From: Octopus vulgaris
Taxonomy: Eukaryota
Length of the DNA: 64,000 nt
Assembly (NCBI GenBank): GCA_951406725.2
Contig: OX597815.1
Coordinates: 103,230,001-103,294,000, forward strand
Reading direction: 5' to 3'
Part shown: positions 25,801 to 37,453 of the stretch, in pieces
How the letters are laid out: every line of letters starts with the position of its first letter
Position numbering within the stretch: position 1 is the first letter of the stretch
The notes under the pieces: generated by a model
What the model was told of the DNA's origin: nothing
What the model saw: only the letters and a program-made list of their open reading frames with translations
Databases searched by the model: none
Program-made: the position numbers and the translations under genes

Positions 25801-27777
25801 AGAATTCGAGTTTCTTCTGCTCAATCTTGGCTGTAGTTCAAATGTGATTAAGTATGTTTTGGAGTTTGATAAAAGATATTTTAAAATGCTGTTTTGTTTC
25901 AGAAAATATTAATTCCGTGGCAGTTAGAGTATAACAATTATAAGTGATTTATATGTATTTCCAAATTACTGATGGTATCTATACAATTTTCAAATCACAC
26001 AATTACCTGGTTTGCTCTAAAAGTATCAAACTGTCGTGTAACTTTTCTTTAAAAAACTCGTTGAAAGTATCCTATACGTGTTTGCTTGTGATTCGTTGAG
26101 CGAGAACATAACAAGCGAAATATTAAGCCACAATATAAGAATTGTTATTAGTCATGGTGACAAGTTTGTTTCGGATTTTATTTTCTCACTCTCATTAGAA
26201 GTGAATTTAATAGAGCTGATTAGTGTAGTGGGCTAGTGGCTACAGATGCTAGGTTTGCGGTGCTTGCAAAAGAATATGAAAGTTTTAGGGTTTGTGTTTA
26301 GTTCTCAGTATGATGTTTAAGAGTGTATTTGTAGTGTTTATTATGGAATTTGAAGATAGATTGTAACTTGCACTGTTGCACTGTTTGAAACGATTTTGTA
26401 AACGTTTGTACTTTTGTTATAATGTACATCAGTATTTATCTGTTTCTTGTTATCGATTTTTATGGGAAACCCCACAGCATGACGTTGAAAAATTGGTAGA
26501 GCCGCCATTTGAAACATTCTTCATTTTCTCCTCATCGTGGGCAACTCCTAAAGGATGACAGAGAAGTTTAAACGGCAAAATATTCGGCTGGTACTCTCAA
26601 ACAAACGTAAGCAATATTGAATTTTACAGAGTTTATTATCGGAGCACATAATGCTCACTGAAACAAACGCTGAATGGTAGAAAAAGATACAGAGAATCTA
26701 AATCCGAAGATTATTTTCAATACACTACCTTGATATTGCTTTTCAATTATACAGCGGTTCGATTATTCATTTGGAGAAACATTTCAACCTATATTTTATA
26801 GTGAGTAGTACAAGCTAGTGATTGATAAAGCTAGAGTACTTGTTATAACTACGTGTTATTCGGATAAGTTCCGTTCGTAAATTCTAAGAATGATCATTTG
26901 TATATGTCTGTCTCTTAAATTACACAATTATAAACATAATATCACGTTCAACCATGCAATCCATCAGCAACCCCAAATTCAATCACTCAGGCAATAAATG
27001 TATAAATCATAAATGTTTATTATCAATCTCAATAACAAAGCATAAGTATCTTAATTATTTATCAGAAGTAGGTGTTTACTTAGTATTAGCTGCTAAAGTA
27101 ATTGACCCAGAAAATAGTCAACAAATGTGCTGTAAACACGTAAGCTATTATAATTTTATTCTTTCATCTAGTATCGGTCTTTTTATAATATAATTATCAC
27201 CATTGTGTCATTTCCCCACTGGACAGCTGTTCAATATCAATATATTTTTGTACATGATTACACACACACACATACACAGAATTTTTTGCAGTTCTCCCAC
27301 CCGCAAATATTACATAGCCTACTTCAAAGAATCAGCGGGAAACCATGAGAGATATTAAATATTGTTACGCTTAAGAGACAGAAAATATTTTCTTTTATTC
27401 ATGTTCATGTTAGAGAATGGACACAGCGTCATAAAATTCCCAACAAAATGACTTATTGACCAGTGTTTACTTTCCCGTTGAGGACACGGTGTTTGGTAGG
27501 AGATGTTCCTTCAAGCTGGTATTTTTAAAGCAGGATATAAATAGAGTATTTTATTTATGATTGTTATAACGGCAAATATATATCTGGTCAGTTTCTTAGG
27601 ATATTTTTGGAATATTTTAGTTGTATTACATTTCATTCCCTGTGAATTTACTTTCTGCTACATTTCAAAACCATTTTATTGAGATTGTTCGAGGAAATGA
27701 TTCAGTCTTAACAAACATTTACTCAGTTGCTTTTTTCTCAATGATGGCGTATTGGGTCTATTCTAATATATATTAAA

Positions 27778-28174
27778 CTAGCAGTATCGCCCAGCGTTGC
27801 TCGGGTTTGTAAGGGAAACAACTATATAAGCATTTTTAGAGAGTTATAGCAAAAAAATAGCAAAAAAATGCATTAAAAATGCAAAAAGAGTGATGGTAAA
27901 TTTTTGTTTAAATCGTTGACTCATCGTAGACATTTTTAGAGAGTTACTTCCCTTATATAATAGCGAAAGAATGCATTAAAATGGAAAAAAAATATGGTAA
28001 TTTTTTTTTAAATCGTAGACTCATCGTAGACGCGCGCTAATACCCAGAAGGGCTCGATATGAATCACGACCAAAAGATACGCGGTTTTGGTTAAACTGCA
28101 CCGCAAAATGTGGGAGCAGTTAGGAATCTAAATCGTAGGAGACAGACACACAACCTCTCTTTTATATATAAAGA
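27778..28174 (-). mobile_element. Non-autonomous Helitron
   Basis: Minus strand starts TCTTTATATATAAAAG and ends with the GC hairpin CCCGAGCAACGCTGGG plus CTAG. It is inserted between A and T and has an internal repeat of about 100 bp (27831 and 27931). Confidence 0.85.
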
Positions 28175-28304
28175 TATATTTTTTCTTTCATTTTCCGATA
28201 ATTCTACGATTCGTGTAGTGTGTAACATCCACGTGTTAAGCTTAAACATATTTCGGACAACGATATCAAAAATGAAGTATGAAAATCCTTCCCGAGTAAT
28301 ATAG

Positions 28305-28521
28305 ACTCATGTGACTGGTTTCCGGTTCTCATGGCGTATACATGCCCGACCCACCTAGACAAAACGCCGGTCCGTTTCAGGATTATTACTAAATTTTGCC
28401 TACTGAGTGGACTGCAGCAACGTCAAATGATGTGCTTTGCTCATGAACACAACAGGAATCGAAACAAGAATCTTATGATCATGAGACCAATACACTAATC
28501 ATTAAGCCACGCGCCTCCACT
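28305..28521 (-). mobile_element. tRNA-derived SINE of a second family
   Basis: Minus strand: A-box GTGGCTTAATGATTAG, B-box GTTTCGATTCC, then GTTGTGTTCATGAGCAAAGCACA, typical of invertebrate SINE cores. Confidence 0.7.
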
Positions 28522-29759
28522 AACAATATCAAAGAAGCCAAATCTTTTAGACAAATAACCTAAAGTATCATCAATTCTGCAAGAACAATATTTTTCCATG
28601 TACAAATATTATTACATGATTTAGAATTATGATTTTATAGCATCCCGGGAAAGATTCGAATTTATGAATGATTCTCTTCTGGGATGAATTCTACATGAAA
28701 TGCTATTTTACAGACTGTTATATTCTCAAGAGGACGTATGAATGAACTCGCACTATAGAGAGAAAACTGGTACACATCTTGATTATTAAAATTTGGCTTA
28801 AATACACATTAAAAAGACAGCTTGTTTTGAGATGAACCAACAAGGAAGACATAATAAGACTATTAACATTTTTGCATGTATTTCGTAATTAAGATTGTTT
28901 TCTATGTTCTTCTAAAACGAAAGTGTTGACTAACAAAGTGTAAATTTGTCAAAAGTTTCATAGTGTATGATTTTGTTTTCCTATTCTAATTGTTACATTC
29001 TGCCACTGAGACATATCAAAAATGTAATTTCTAAAATTAGCTACTTTAGAATACTCAACGATTTAATACCCCACTTTATTTATGTATCAAATGATAATTT
29101 ACATATGTGTTAATAAACACCATCATACATGGTAGCATTTAAAGTCATAAAACACTTTATAGTTATTTTATAATTATAACACACACTTACTACATCAGTA
29201 TTTTCAATGTCATTATATGAAAAATATTAAAATGCAGAACGAGTACATCCTCTCATCAACTTGAACTTAGTATACTAGTTCGATTTTTAACGACTACAAC
29301 TTCAGACGGAAACAATTAAATGTCTAGATTACTTTATAATCATACCAAACTTATGGCCGTCTAACTAAGCAACACTTATATGATTTTGCAATTCTAATAC
29401 AGTTCGTGTATGCTTGTTTCTCCTTTAACCCGTTGATTACAATCGGGTTTCCATACAAACACTATGTCTCTTCCAGTTCACTGACTCGAATGATCAGAAA
29501 AAGGGTAAAATTCTCTTTGAATTGTAAATGTTCTTCCGAGTGTGATACTTAACTTTGAAAAATATTCTAACTGGTCTCAATAAATTAGTTCAATATGAAT
29601 GCAATAACAGACACAGTAACAAAAATCAAAGTAGTTTTTAATTTTAGCATTGTTTAAATTTATACGATATCAATTTAGTTTATTTTTAATGTGAATATAT
29701 TCCGTAAATGGCCTCACTTAAAATTTTTGGCTTTTGAGTAAATGGGGTTTAGTATCCTA

Positions 29760-30030
29760 CATAATATTCTCCTCTAGGAAAAATTGTGAGTAAAATTTTA
29801 CCCTCTTTTCCCGAATAAGGAATCCTTCTACATTCGGAGCATTTTAGCTCGGGCTGCCCGATTCTGGAACTCTCTTCCATTTCATTATATTCTTCTTTAT
29901 GGCCTGAACTCTTTGAAGCGTAAATTAAATTATTTATTTCGTCTTAATTTCTCCTTTTTCATAGTCCCTTTCATGAAATGGGTTCTCGTCTTACTTGGGA
30001 CTTTCTTATGAGGGAAAGTAAAATAGTTGT
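29760..30030 (+). mobile_element. CR1/L2-like ORF2 C-terminal fragment
   Basis: SILARAARFWNSLP...LNSLKRK resembles the SF..R....WN.LP...FK motif. Confidence 0.45.
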
Positions 30031-30649
30031 CCATTACATGAACGAACTTCATTGTTTGAGAAATGAAAGGGAAGTGAAATATAATCTGCAAGGGTTTTGG
30101 CTAGCTCCATCGCTCTACTACTGTTGCAGAGAGGTTTTCAGAACCTACGATACAATTTTAAGTCCATGAAATAACACCAAGTGATATAATACTGATACAT
30201 TTCATCATATCGTTAAGTGTGTGTGTATGTGTGTGTGGGTATATATGTGAGAAAGTGAGAGAAAGAGAATGTGTGTACATTTATCTATACATACCTGCTC
30301 ACATACATATAAACACATGTATATTTGTTGCTGAGTTTACAATTAGATGCGGGACTATTAACGGAGAATTTACAGATCTATGTGCAGTATCATCATCCAG
30401 CCTATTTCAGCTTAAGTTAAGATATACAGAACAAATATTAGACAAATATGATAATCACAAAATGAAGTTTCTCGCGTTTGTTCTTTACACATGTTTCACC
30501 AATGACACAATTTAGGGATTTTTGAGATGATGTATGTGACTAGCGAGTGTTATAGACTTACTGTGTTTCTCGTATCTAAAAAAAATGAGATGAGCGGCAT
30601 ATCACTATTTAAAATTTATATTTGACCCTATATATATATAGCTGTAAAA

Positions 30650-30735
30650 TTTTATTCGACTAAAACCCTTTAAGGTGGTGCTCCAGCATGGCTACATTCA
30701 AATGACTGAAACAAGTAAAAGAATAAAAGAATAAA
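30650..30735 (+). mobile_element. SINE 3' tail fragment
   Basis: gactaaaaccctttaaggtggtgctccagcatggc...aatgactgaaacaagtaaaagaataaaag. Confidence 0.75.
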
Positions 30736-30779
30736 TACATAAACATGTAGACATACATGTGTGTATGTCTGTGTGTGTA

Positions 30780-31560
30780 TTCGCAGTGCATTCCAGAAGT
30801 CGTGAAACATTTTAAAGAGAGGCAATTATAACTGTCCTAGTAATTTTAGTATGTCATTACTATACAACTAATAAGCTAGAATGCTAACATTTATTATACT
30901 TGTTTGAAGAAGGTGCTTTTGAGAGTACTTTGAACAAACCCTACTATACAGTGCTTGTCAACTGATTAGATTGCAGAAAGTAGTCGAGACGTGAAGACAG
31001 TTTGCAAGTAACTATGCAGTAAAAGTTTATGTTACGCTGGCCAAAAACACTACAGAAACATATGAAGTGCTACAGACTGTTTATAGGTTAACTTGTATGA
31101 AAGGAACATCTGTTTTTTCACTGGAACAATGAACCAGGCAAAGCTAGTTCACTCGGAAGCAAGACCATCATCTACCTCTACTGAGTTCCCTCTAGCCAAG
31201 CGATCAACAAAGAGTACATTGTGGAGGTTTTGTGAGAGTTGAGGAAGAGATTTTGTCGTAAAAGGCAGGGAGCACCTGTATTAGAACAATGTACTAGTCC
31301 ACAGTTCCATTCTGCAAGCCAACTATTTGACAGTAATGGGTATCAAAGCTTTTCCTCACCTTTCGTATAATCCAGAGGTGGTGACTTTTCTTGTTTCTTC
31401 AAGCTGAACGAAGGAAGGCCTCTCATGAAAGAGTCTGAAAACTCGTGGAATGATCTTCGTATATAGTTGAACTAGTTGAACAACCGGGCTTCTTGAAGTT
31501 CCAGTCAAATCGACCTTCACTTTAAATCTTCTCACTATTAAATCAACTCGCGATAAATGC
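30780..31560 (+). mobile_element. Internally deleted mariner transposase remnant
   Basis: AVKVYVTLAKNTTETYEVLQTVY...CMKGTSVF (mariner HTH) and VPSSQAINKEYIVEVL.ELRKRFCRKR, followed by a degenerate HDN/YSPD region. Confidence 0.7.
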
Positions 31561-31619
31561 TCAGTTTTATTCTTAAACTTGTTTAAAAAGGAAACCTTAT
31601 TTTAACATAAACACACATA

Positions 31620-31673
<54 letters not shown>

Positions 31674-31676
31674 TAT

Positions 31677-31751
<75 letters not shown>

Positions 31752-31754
31752 TAT

Positions 31755-31816
<62 letters not shown>

Positions 31817-32404
31817 TGCCCTGCATATATATGTGTTTGTCCTCGAAAATTGATTTGTACTAACGTACGCATAAGAAAAACTGGATAAATCATACAGTCC
31901 TAAACTGTTTATCAAAGTAGTATCTATATAACTCCATCTAATACAATATGTACCGTGATTATTGTTGAATGTTAATATGTATAAGTGTAGACTGTTCATC
32001 AAAAAAGTACGTACTATGTAATTCCATCTTATACAATATGTATTGTGATTACTGTCTGATTATATATGTATCCATGAGAATGAGTCTGTGTATCCGAGTG
32101 CCACTAGACATATATGTGCCTTTGATATATACAGACGTATGTAAATACAAAAATATAGCCGTGTAGATGCACGTATAAACATGTTTATATGGGTGTGTGA
32201 GAGGGTGAGTAAATATTTTAATACACATAATGAGGTGCGATTATACACCTGGAATATAAATGCTTGTATATGGCCCCGTACACGTTAAGACCTATATGAA
32301 CATAGATAAATGCAATGAATGTGTATGTGTGCATATGTAAATACTTATATAAGTGGCCCTGCATATATAAAATATGCATATACACACATCGAAGACCGGT
32401 GATT

Positions 32405-32460
32405 GACGTGTGCTGACGACGGGTAAATACCCAGAAACCCGTATCCGTGCGTATCACGTC
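32405..32460 (+). ncRNA. Hammerhead-like motif with imperfect stems
   Basis: gacgtg-tg-CTGACGA-c gggta aa taccc a-GAAA-cccgtatccgtgcg-TA-t-cacgtc. Confidence 0.5.
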
Positions 32461-32562
32461 AGGTCGACGAAGGGAAGGATGGCTTCCCTTTGCAAATACT
32501 GATAGGGCACAGAAAGTGTGTCAATAGCCAGCTGGAGAAGATATTCTCCTGGGGATACAACT

Positions 32563-32998
32563 AGGCGTAGGAGTGGTTGTGTGATAAGTAGCTTGCTTAC
32601 CAACCACATGGTTCTGGGTTCAGTCCCACTGCGTGGTACCTTGGGCAAGTGTCTTCTACTATAGCCTCGGGCCGACCAAAGCCTTATGAGTGGATTTGGT
32701 AGACGGAAATTGAAAGAAGCCTGTCGTATATATGTATGTATATATATATGTGTGTGCGCGCGTGTGCGCGTGTGTGTGTGTGTGTATATGTGTATGTTTG
32801 TGTGTCTGTTTGTCACCTCCAATATCACTTGACAACCGATGGTGGTGTGTTTACGTCCCAGTCACTTAGCGGTTCAGCAAGAGAGTCCGATAGAATAAGT
32901 ACTAGGCCTACAAAGAATAAGTCCTGGGTTGATTTGCTTGACTAAAGGCCGTGCTCCAGCGTGGCCGTAGTCAAATGTCTGATACAAATAAAAGAATT
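32563..32998 (+). mobile_element. Full-length tRNA-derived SINE with internal microsatellite
   Basis: A-box GTGGTTGTGTGATAAG, B-box GGTTCAGTCCC, body, (TA)/(TG) tract, conserved tail ending AAATAAAAGAA; multiple copies in the window. Confidence 0.9.
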
Positions 32999-34030
32999 TA
33001 AAGTATATGTATTTGTAAATGTGTGTGTATAAACGCTTGTATATATGCGTTTGCGTGAGTCAAACCACCGTTAGATATAAGTATTAGTGAGCGTCTATAT
33101 ATATATATATATATACAAATACTTGTGTTTGTGTGCGAGTGTCTACCAAACCACCGCTTAATAAGCTGGATCAGTCATCCGAAAGATACCATTAATCTGT
33201 TTGCCTTTAATACGATCATCTTGGTTGTTTATGACACACACATTTCCTTGACAGCGCGAGTGAGTGTGTGTGTGTGTATGCGTGTGCACGTCTACGTCTA
33301 TATAAATATATGTTCATGTCAACAAGTGTATACTTATCTTTCTTCATGTTATCCTCCAATTCGTATATTCTGTCGCGTTTTATTCGCTATCTTTATTCCT
33401 TTTATCCTTCAATTCTTATCCCTTGTCAGGTTTTATTCTCCATCATTTATGACTGCAGTTTATGTTATGTATCCACTGTAAACTATAGCCAGACCCAGCC
33501 AGACCCATCTAAGAGATATAACGCCAAAATTATTCGAACCTATATCAATGCAGCCGCATTAACGAAAGTTATTTACACCTGAAACCTGACGAAAAACAGT
33601 CTGTATTGATGGATGCAACACAACTAGATGTACTCTATTTCACCCTAAGGGACAGATGCGAGATGGCTCGAAACGATTGTTGTGCCGAATAAAGATTCTT
33701 GCTAAGTCCATTTTCCATTTCCCTCATTCATTATAAACTCAACGAACACAGTGGAATTCCTGACGAAGATCCAATGACAATTACATCGTAACTGTGGATG
33801 ACATCAGATAACCTAAATTGTGACAGTGTTCTAATCGACATACTACTAGACATATATACGAAGTCCAAATAATTATATATATATACATACATATATATAT
33901 ATATACATGCATAAATATATATAAATTTAAAGTAAACAGAAATGGAGAAATATTGACAAACAAAAATTAACTAACATCAATTATTACTTTTTAATACAAA
34001 TAGACTGTATCCTATCTAACAGCTGTTTCT

Positions 34031-34452
34031 GCTTCCAATATTCTACGATATTGCCATTGAAAATTCTGAAAATAATTTTTATCATGCTTGGTAACAAATC
34101 TGCTCTGGAACATGGAGATTCATCAGAATGAAGAAAATACATAAAAGAAAAGAACAGAAAAGAAGAAGAGCCCCAAGAAGAAGATGAATAGTTTCATATA
34201 TTTAAACCATACCATTTTGCATATGTGTTCCTTGAGGAGTTTGAGTAAATGACGTCCTGAAGGTACACATAGGCAAGATAGTATGATTTAAATATATTAA
34301 GCCTTTCATCTTCTAGGGGCTCTTCTTTTCTTTACTTTTATGTATTTTTCTTCACTCTGATGAATCTCCATGTTCCATACCGGATGTATTACCAAATATG
34401 ATGAATATCATTTTCAGAATTTTCACTGGGGACACCGTAGAATATTGGAAGC
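34031..34452. repeat. Diverged inverted repeat (arms about 34031-34188 and 34305-34452) containing CTGATGA
   Basis: gcttccaatattctacg...ggaacatggagattcatcaga...gagcccc versus ggggctc...tctgatgaatctccatgttcc...cgtagaatattggaagc. Confidence 0.85.
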
Positions 34453-35292
34453 ATATTGATCATGTAGGAGATGAGGTAACTAAGTAGAGTGGGAATATAA
34501 TGGCAGATCTTCTGATCACAATAACTGCTAATATTTGGAATAGGTTCCAAGTTTCACATAATTAAGGATATGTTACATAGATTTCATCGTGAAAGTAAAA
34601 AGGTACAAATTCCTACTCGTTAACATTCATTATGTTTCCTTACTTGTAACTATTGGTAAGTTATCGTATAAACATTTATTGAGTCGGCTGTAGACATACA
34701 TATGCTTCATCGTTGTCATAGTGATTTGATATTGGCTCAGAACTAATAGTGACACTACAGATATAAACAAATTTCCATTGGTCCAGCAACGAAAATGTCT
34801 CACATTGAGAATGGAAAGATCTCGAGAAAATCTACAAAACCTTCTGTTGCAACGTAATTTGTTACGTACAATAAATATGATAACCAGACAACAGTAAAAA
34901 CAATGTAACGAACTAGTAAATCTCTTTACGAACTAACAATCAATATTCGTTGTGAACTAACGAACCGACACCTTCCGACTTTACTGCGAACTTCACTCGA
35001 CTAACACGAAAGTCACTCGACTTTGAACTCTTGAACTCACTCGAATCTTTAATATATTTTACTCAGACTAATCTATCTCTCACAAGGGGGCGTCGTAATT
35101 CTCATCACATCATCACTCCTTTTGAGATTTCAACGACTATGAGAAAGTGGAATTTCTTTTCATTTTTCCTTTCCAGCAACTCTCCACCCCTTTTTCGTAT
35201 CTTAATTGTTGCCCGACTTTTAAGGTAATATTGTTCGTTAAACACAGTACTTTTTCTTCCCGTTGTACTAAGCACACTTGTTGGCACACTTG

Positions 35293-35626
35293 ATTGAAAG
35301 AACTATTTGGAGATATGAAGAATTTATATCCTTCATAAATGGTAATAGAGGAGTCGTTTAAAAGGATAAAAAGAGAAATAGACTTTTTAAAAATGGGAAA
35401 AAAGATGCAAAAAGAAAAAAAAGGTGTTTAAAAAATTATATAAATTAACACTTAAGTGGTACTGCTTGAGAGTTGGACATAATGCAGCCATTTCAACATC
35501 GTCGATTTCATTATACATTTTTTTTCATTGTTTTCATTCGTTTTATGTTTTTTGTCCCCGCTGTATTGTTGTGTCAGTCCTTGTGCTGTCTCCTCTGTGT
35601 GAATGGTCGCAGTACCAAAATACAGA
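35293..35626 (+). mobile_element. ORF1-only retroposon copy B (5'-truncated)
   Basis: Closely matches 37050-37437 of copy C. Confidence 0.85.
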
Positions 35627-35633
35627 GAGAGTC

Positions 35634-37438
35634 ACCTCGCAACTTTTCGGTTGTTGGTGTTGGCTTCGTTAAACGTGAGTTAAATTGTTACATACTGTTA
35701 TTGTTACACTCTGTTATTATATATTGTTGTAGGTCTCCCCGCCCAGGTGAACCAAGATTCGTTAAATTGTTAAATTGTTGAATTCTCTCGCTGCTTTCGC
35801 CTATTTTGGAGATTGTTTCTTCACTAGTTATTGGTGAAGTGGTGGAAGGAGGCGAAATAGTGCGTGTCGCAAGTTATGCATCCGCAACTATTCAAGATAC
35901 TACGACCAACACCCTTGAAGTTCGCGGAATAAAAGTAGACACAAAGGAATGGGAAAAAGGAAATAAATTGTTACAAAAGGAAGGGGCCGTTATAAAGCTG
36001 ACCCCACCAGAAGTGACGAAGAATGTAGCTAGGAAAACGGTTGTGTGCAGGACGTTATCAACTACTACCAAAATAATAGATATTGCCCTAAGAGAGGCAA
36101 TTAAGGAATAACTTCGTGACGTGAAAGGACTAAGCACCTTCTATACACGTGGAAGAAAATACGGCACTGTGGAGGTTAGGTTCTCCAGCGAGGAGGACGC
36201 TATTAACTACTCCGCTGAGCCGATAGGACACAAGATTGGGTGCTGCTGCCGACATACTGTGATAAACGTGTTGCCAGAGTGATAGACCCCTGATATCGAA
36301 GAGGCATGGCTGTTGGTAGCAGTCATGCACAGAATGGATGCAAATGCAAGGATTCATTCTGGAGATAACTAGACCGAAGAAAGTGAATTAGTGGGAGTAC
36401 GGCCTAGAGATAGCGATTGAAGTTATGTTAAAAGACCAACACGTAATTGTAGAAGAGATTCTTCTACTAGAAGACATTACGTTAAGAGTGGTAGTGAAGG
36501 GAAGACCTCCAACATGTTTTCTATGTAAACAAAGAGAGCTCATGAAGGTAAGGTGCCCTCAGCAAGAAAGTAAAGTAGAGGAACAACACGAAGGACAACC
36601 CGCCTAAGAGGAGGGGCCGGAGAAAAGGGAAATACAGAGGAGTCAGTTACTGTCGTAAATAGGCGAAAGAGGAAAGAGCGGGTGAGCTCTCCGCCAGAGA
36701 GCCAAAAAAGAATGAAGGAAATAGAGGAGAAAATAGAGAAGGCCCCGGAAACTGGACAGATATAACAGTAGAGGTAGCGTAACATAGAGCGGAAGACATA
36801 ATCGTGGATGATTATTCTAATGTACAGATGGAGGAACCAAGGGAAACGACTAACCCGGACGGTTCCGGTCCGGAGCATAAACAAGTAAATAGGAATAAGA
36901 AAAAGTGGCATGTATTCACATGTGAAAAGCACCGCCATAGAGCGGAATATAACGAAGTTTAAAGGTGCCGTAAGGATTCAACTGCTAGCAGAAAGGTACC
37001 CGGAACACATCAAATGTGTGGTGATTGACAAGGAAAGGTATTGAAGACCGAAAGAACTATTTGGAGATGAGGTGAACCATTTGAAGGAAGAGATTGAATT
37101 TGAGTAAGTACCAAAAGTAGTTAAATATGAAGAACTAATACCCTTAATGCATGGTAATAGAGTCCTTTAAAGGGAAAAAAAGGGAAATAGACTTTTTTAA
37201 AAATGGGGAAAAAAACATGCAAAAAGAAAAAAAATCTTTCAAAAATTGTATAAATTGACAGTTAAATGGTACTGACTGAAAGTGGTGCTCAATGCAGCCA
37301 TTTCAACATCATCAATATCATCATTCATTTTTTTCTTATTTTTTCATTCGTTTTATGTTTTTTGTCCCCACTGTGGTGTTGTGTCTGTTCTTGTGCTGTT
37401 CCCTCTGTGTGAATGGTGGCAGTGCCAAAATAAAGAAA
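35634..37438 (+). mobile_element. ORF1-only retroposon copy C
   Basis: 5' UTR, decayed ORF, 3' UTR ending AATAAAGAA (37429-37437); flanked by GAGAGTC (35627-35633 and 37441-37447). Confidence 0.85.
35806..37170 (+). pseudogene. ORF1/gag-like protein of copy C
   Basis: SYASA, RGRKYGTVEVRFSSEEDA, LLPTYCDKRVARV, RVVVKGRPPTCFLC......KVRCP, and IERNITKFKGAVRIQL..ERYPEHIKCVVIDKERY. Confidence 0.85.
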
Positions 37439-37453
37439 GTGAGAGTCGGTGAG

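Noticed and set aside
26300-26720. Possible Tc1-like terminus (ttttatgggaaacccc)
   Set aside because: No partner TIR or clear transposase motif found.
31622-31815. Higher-order repeat of (AT)n-ACATATATATACACACACACAC
   Set aside because: Ordinary compound microsatellite slippage or assembly noise.
32563-32640. tRNA-like A/B boxes (also at 28450-28521, 43215 and 60020-60078)
   Set aside because: These are SINE heads: there is no complete cloverleaf, and they continue into SINE bodies.
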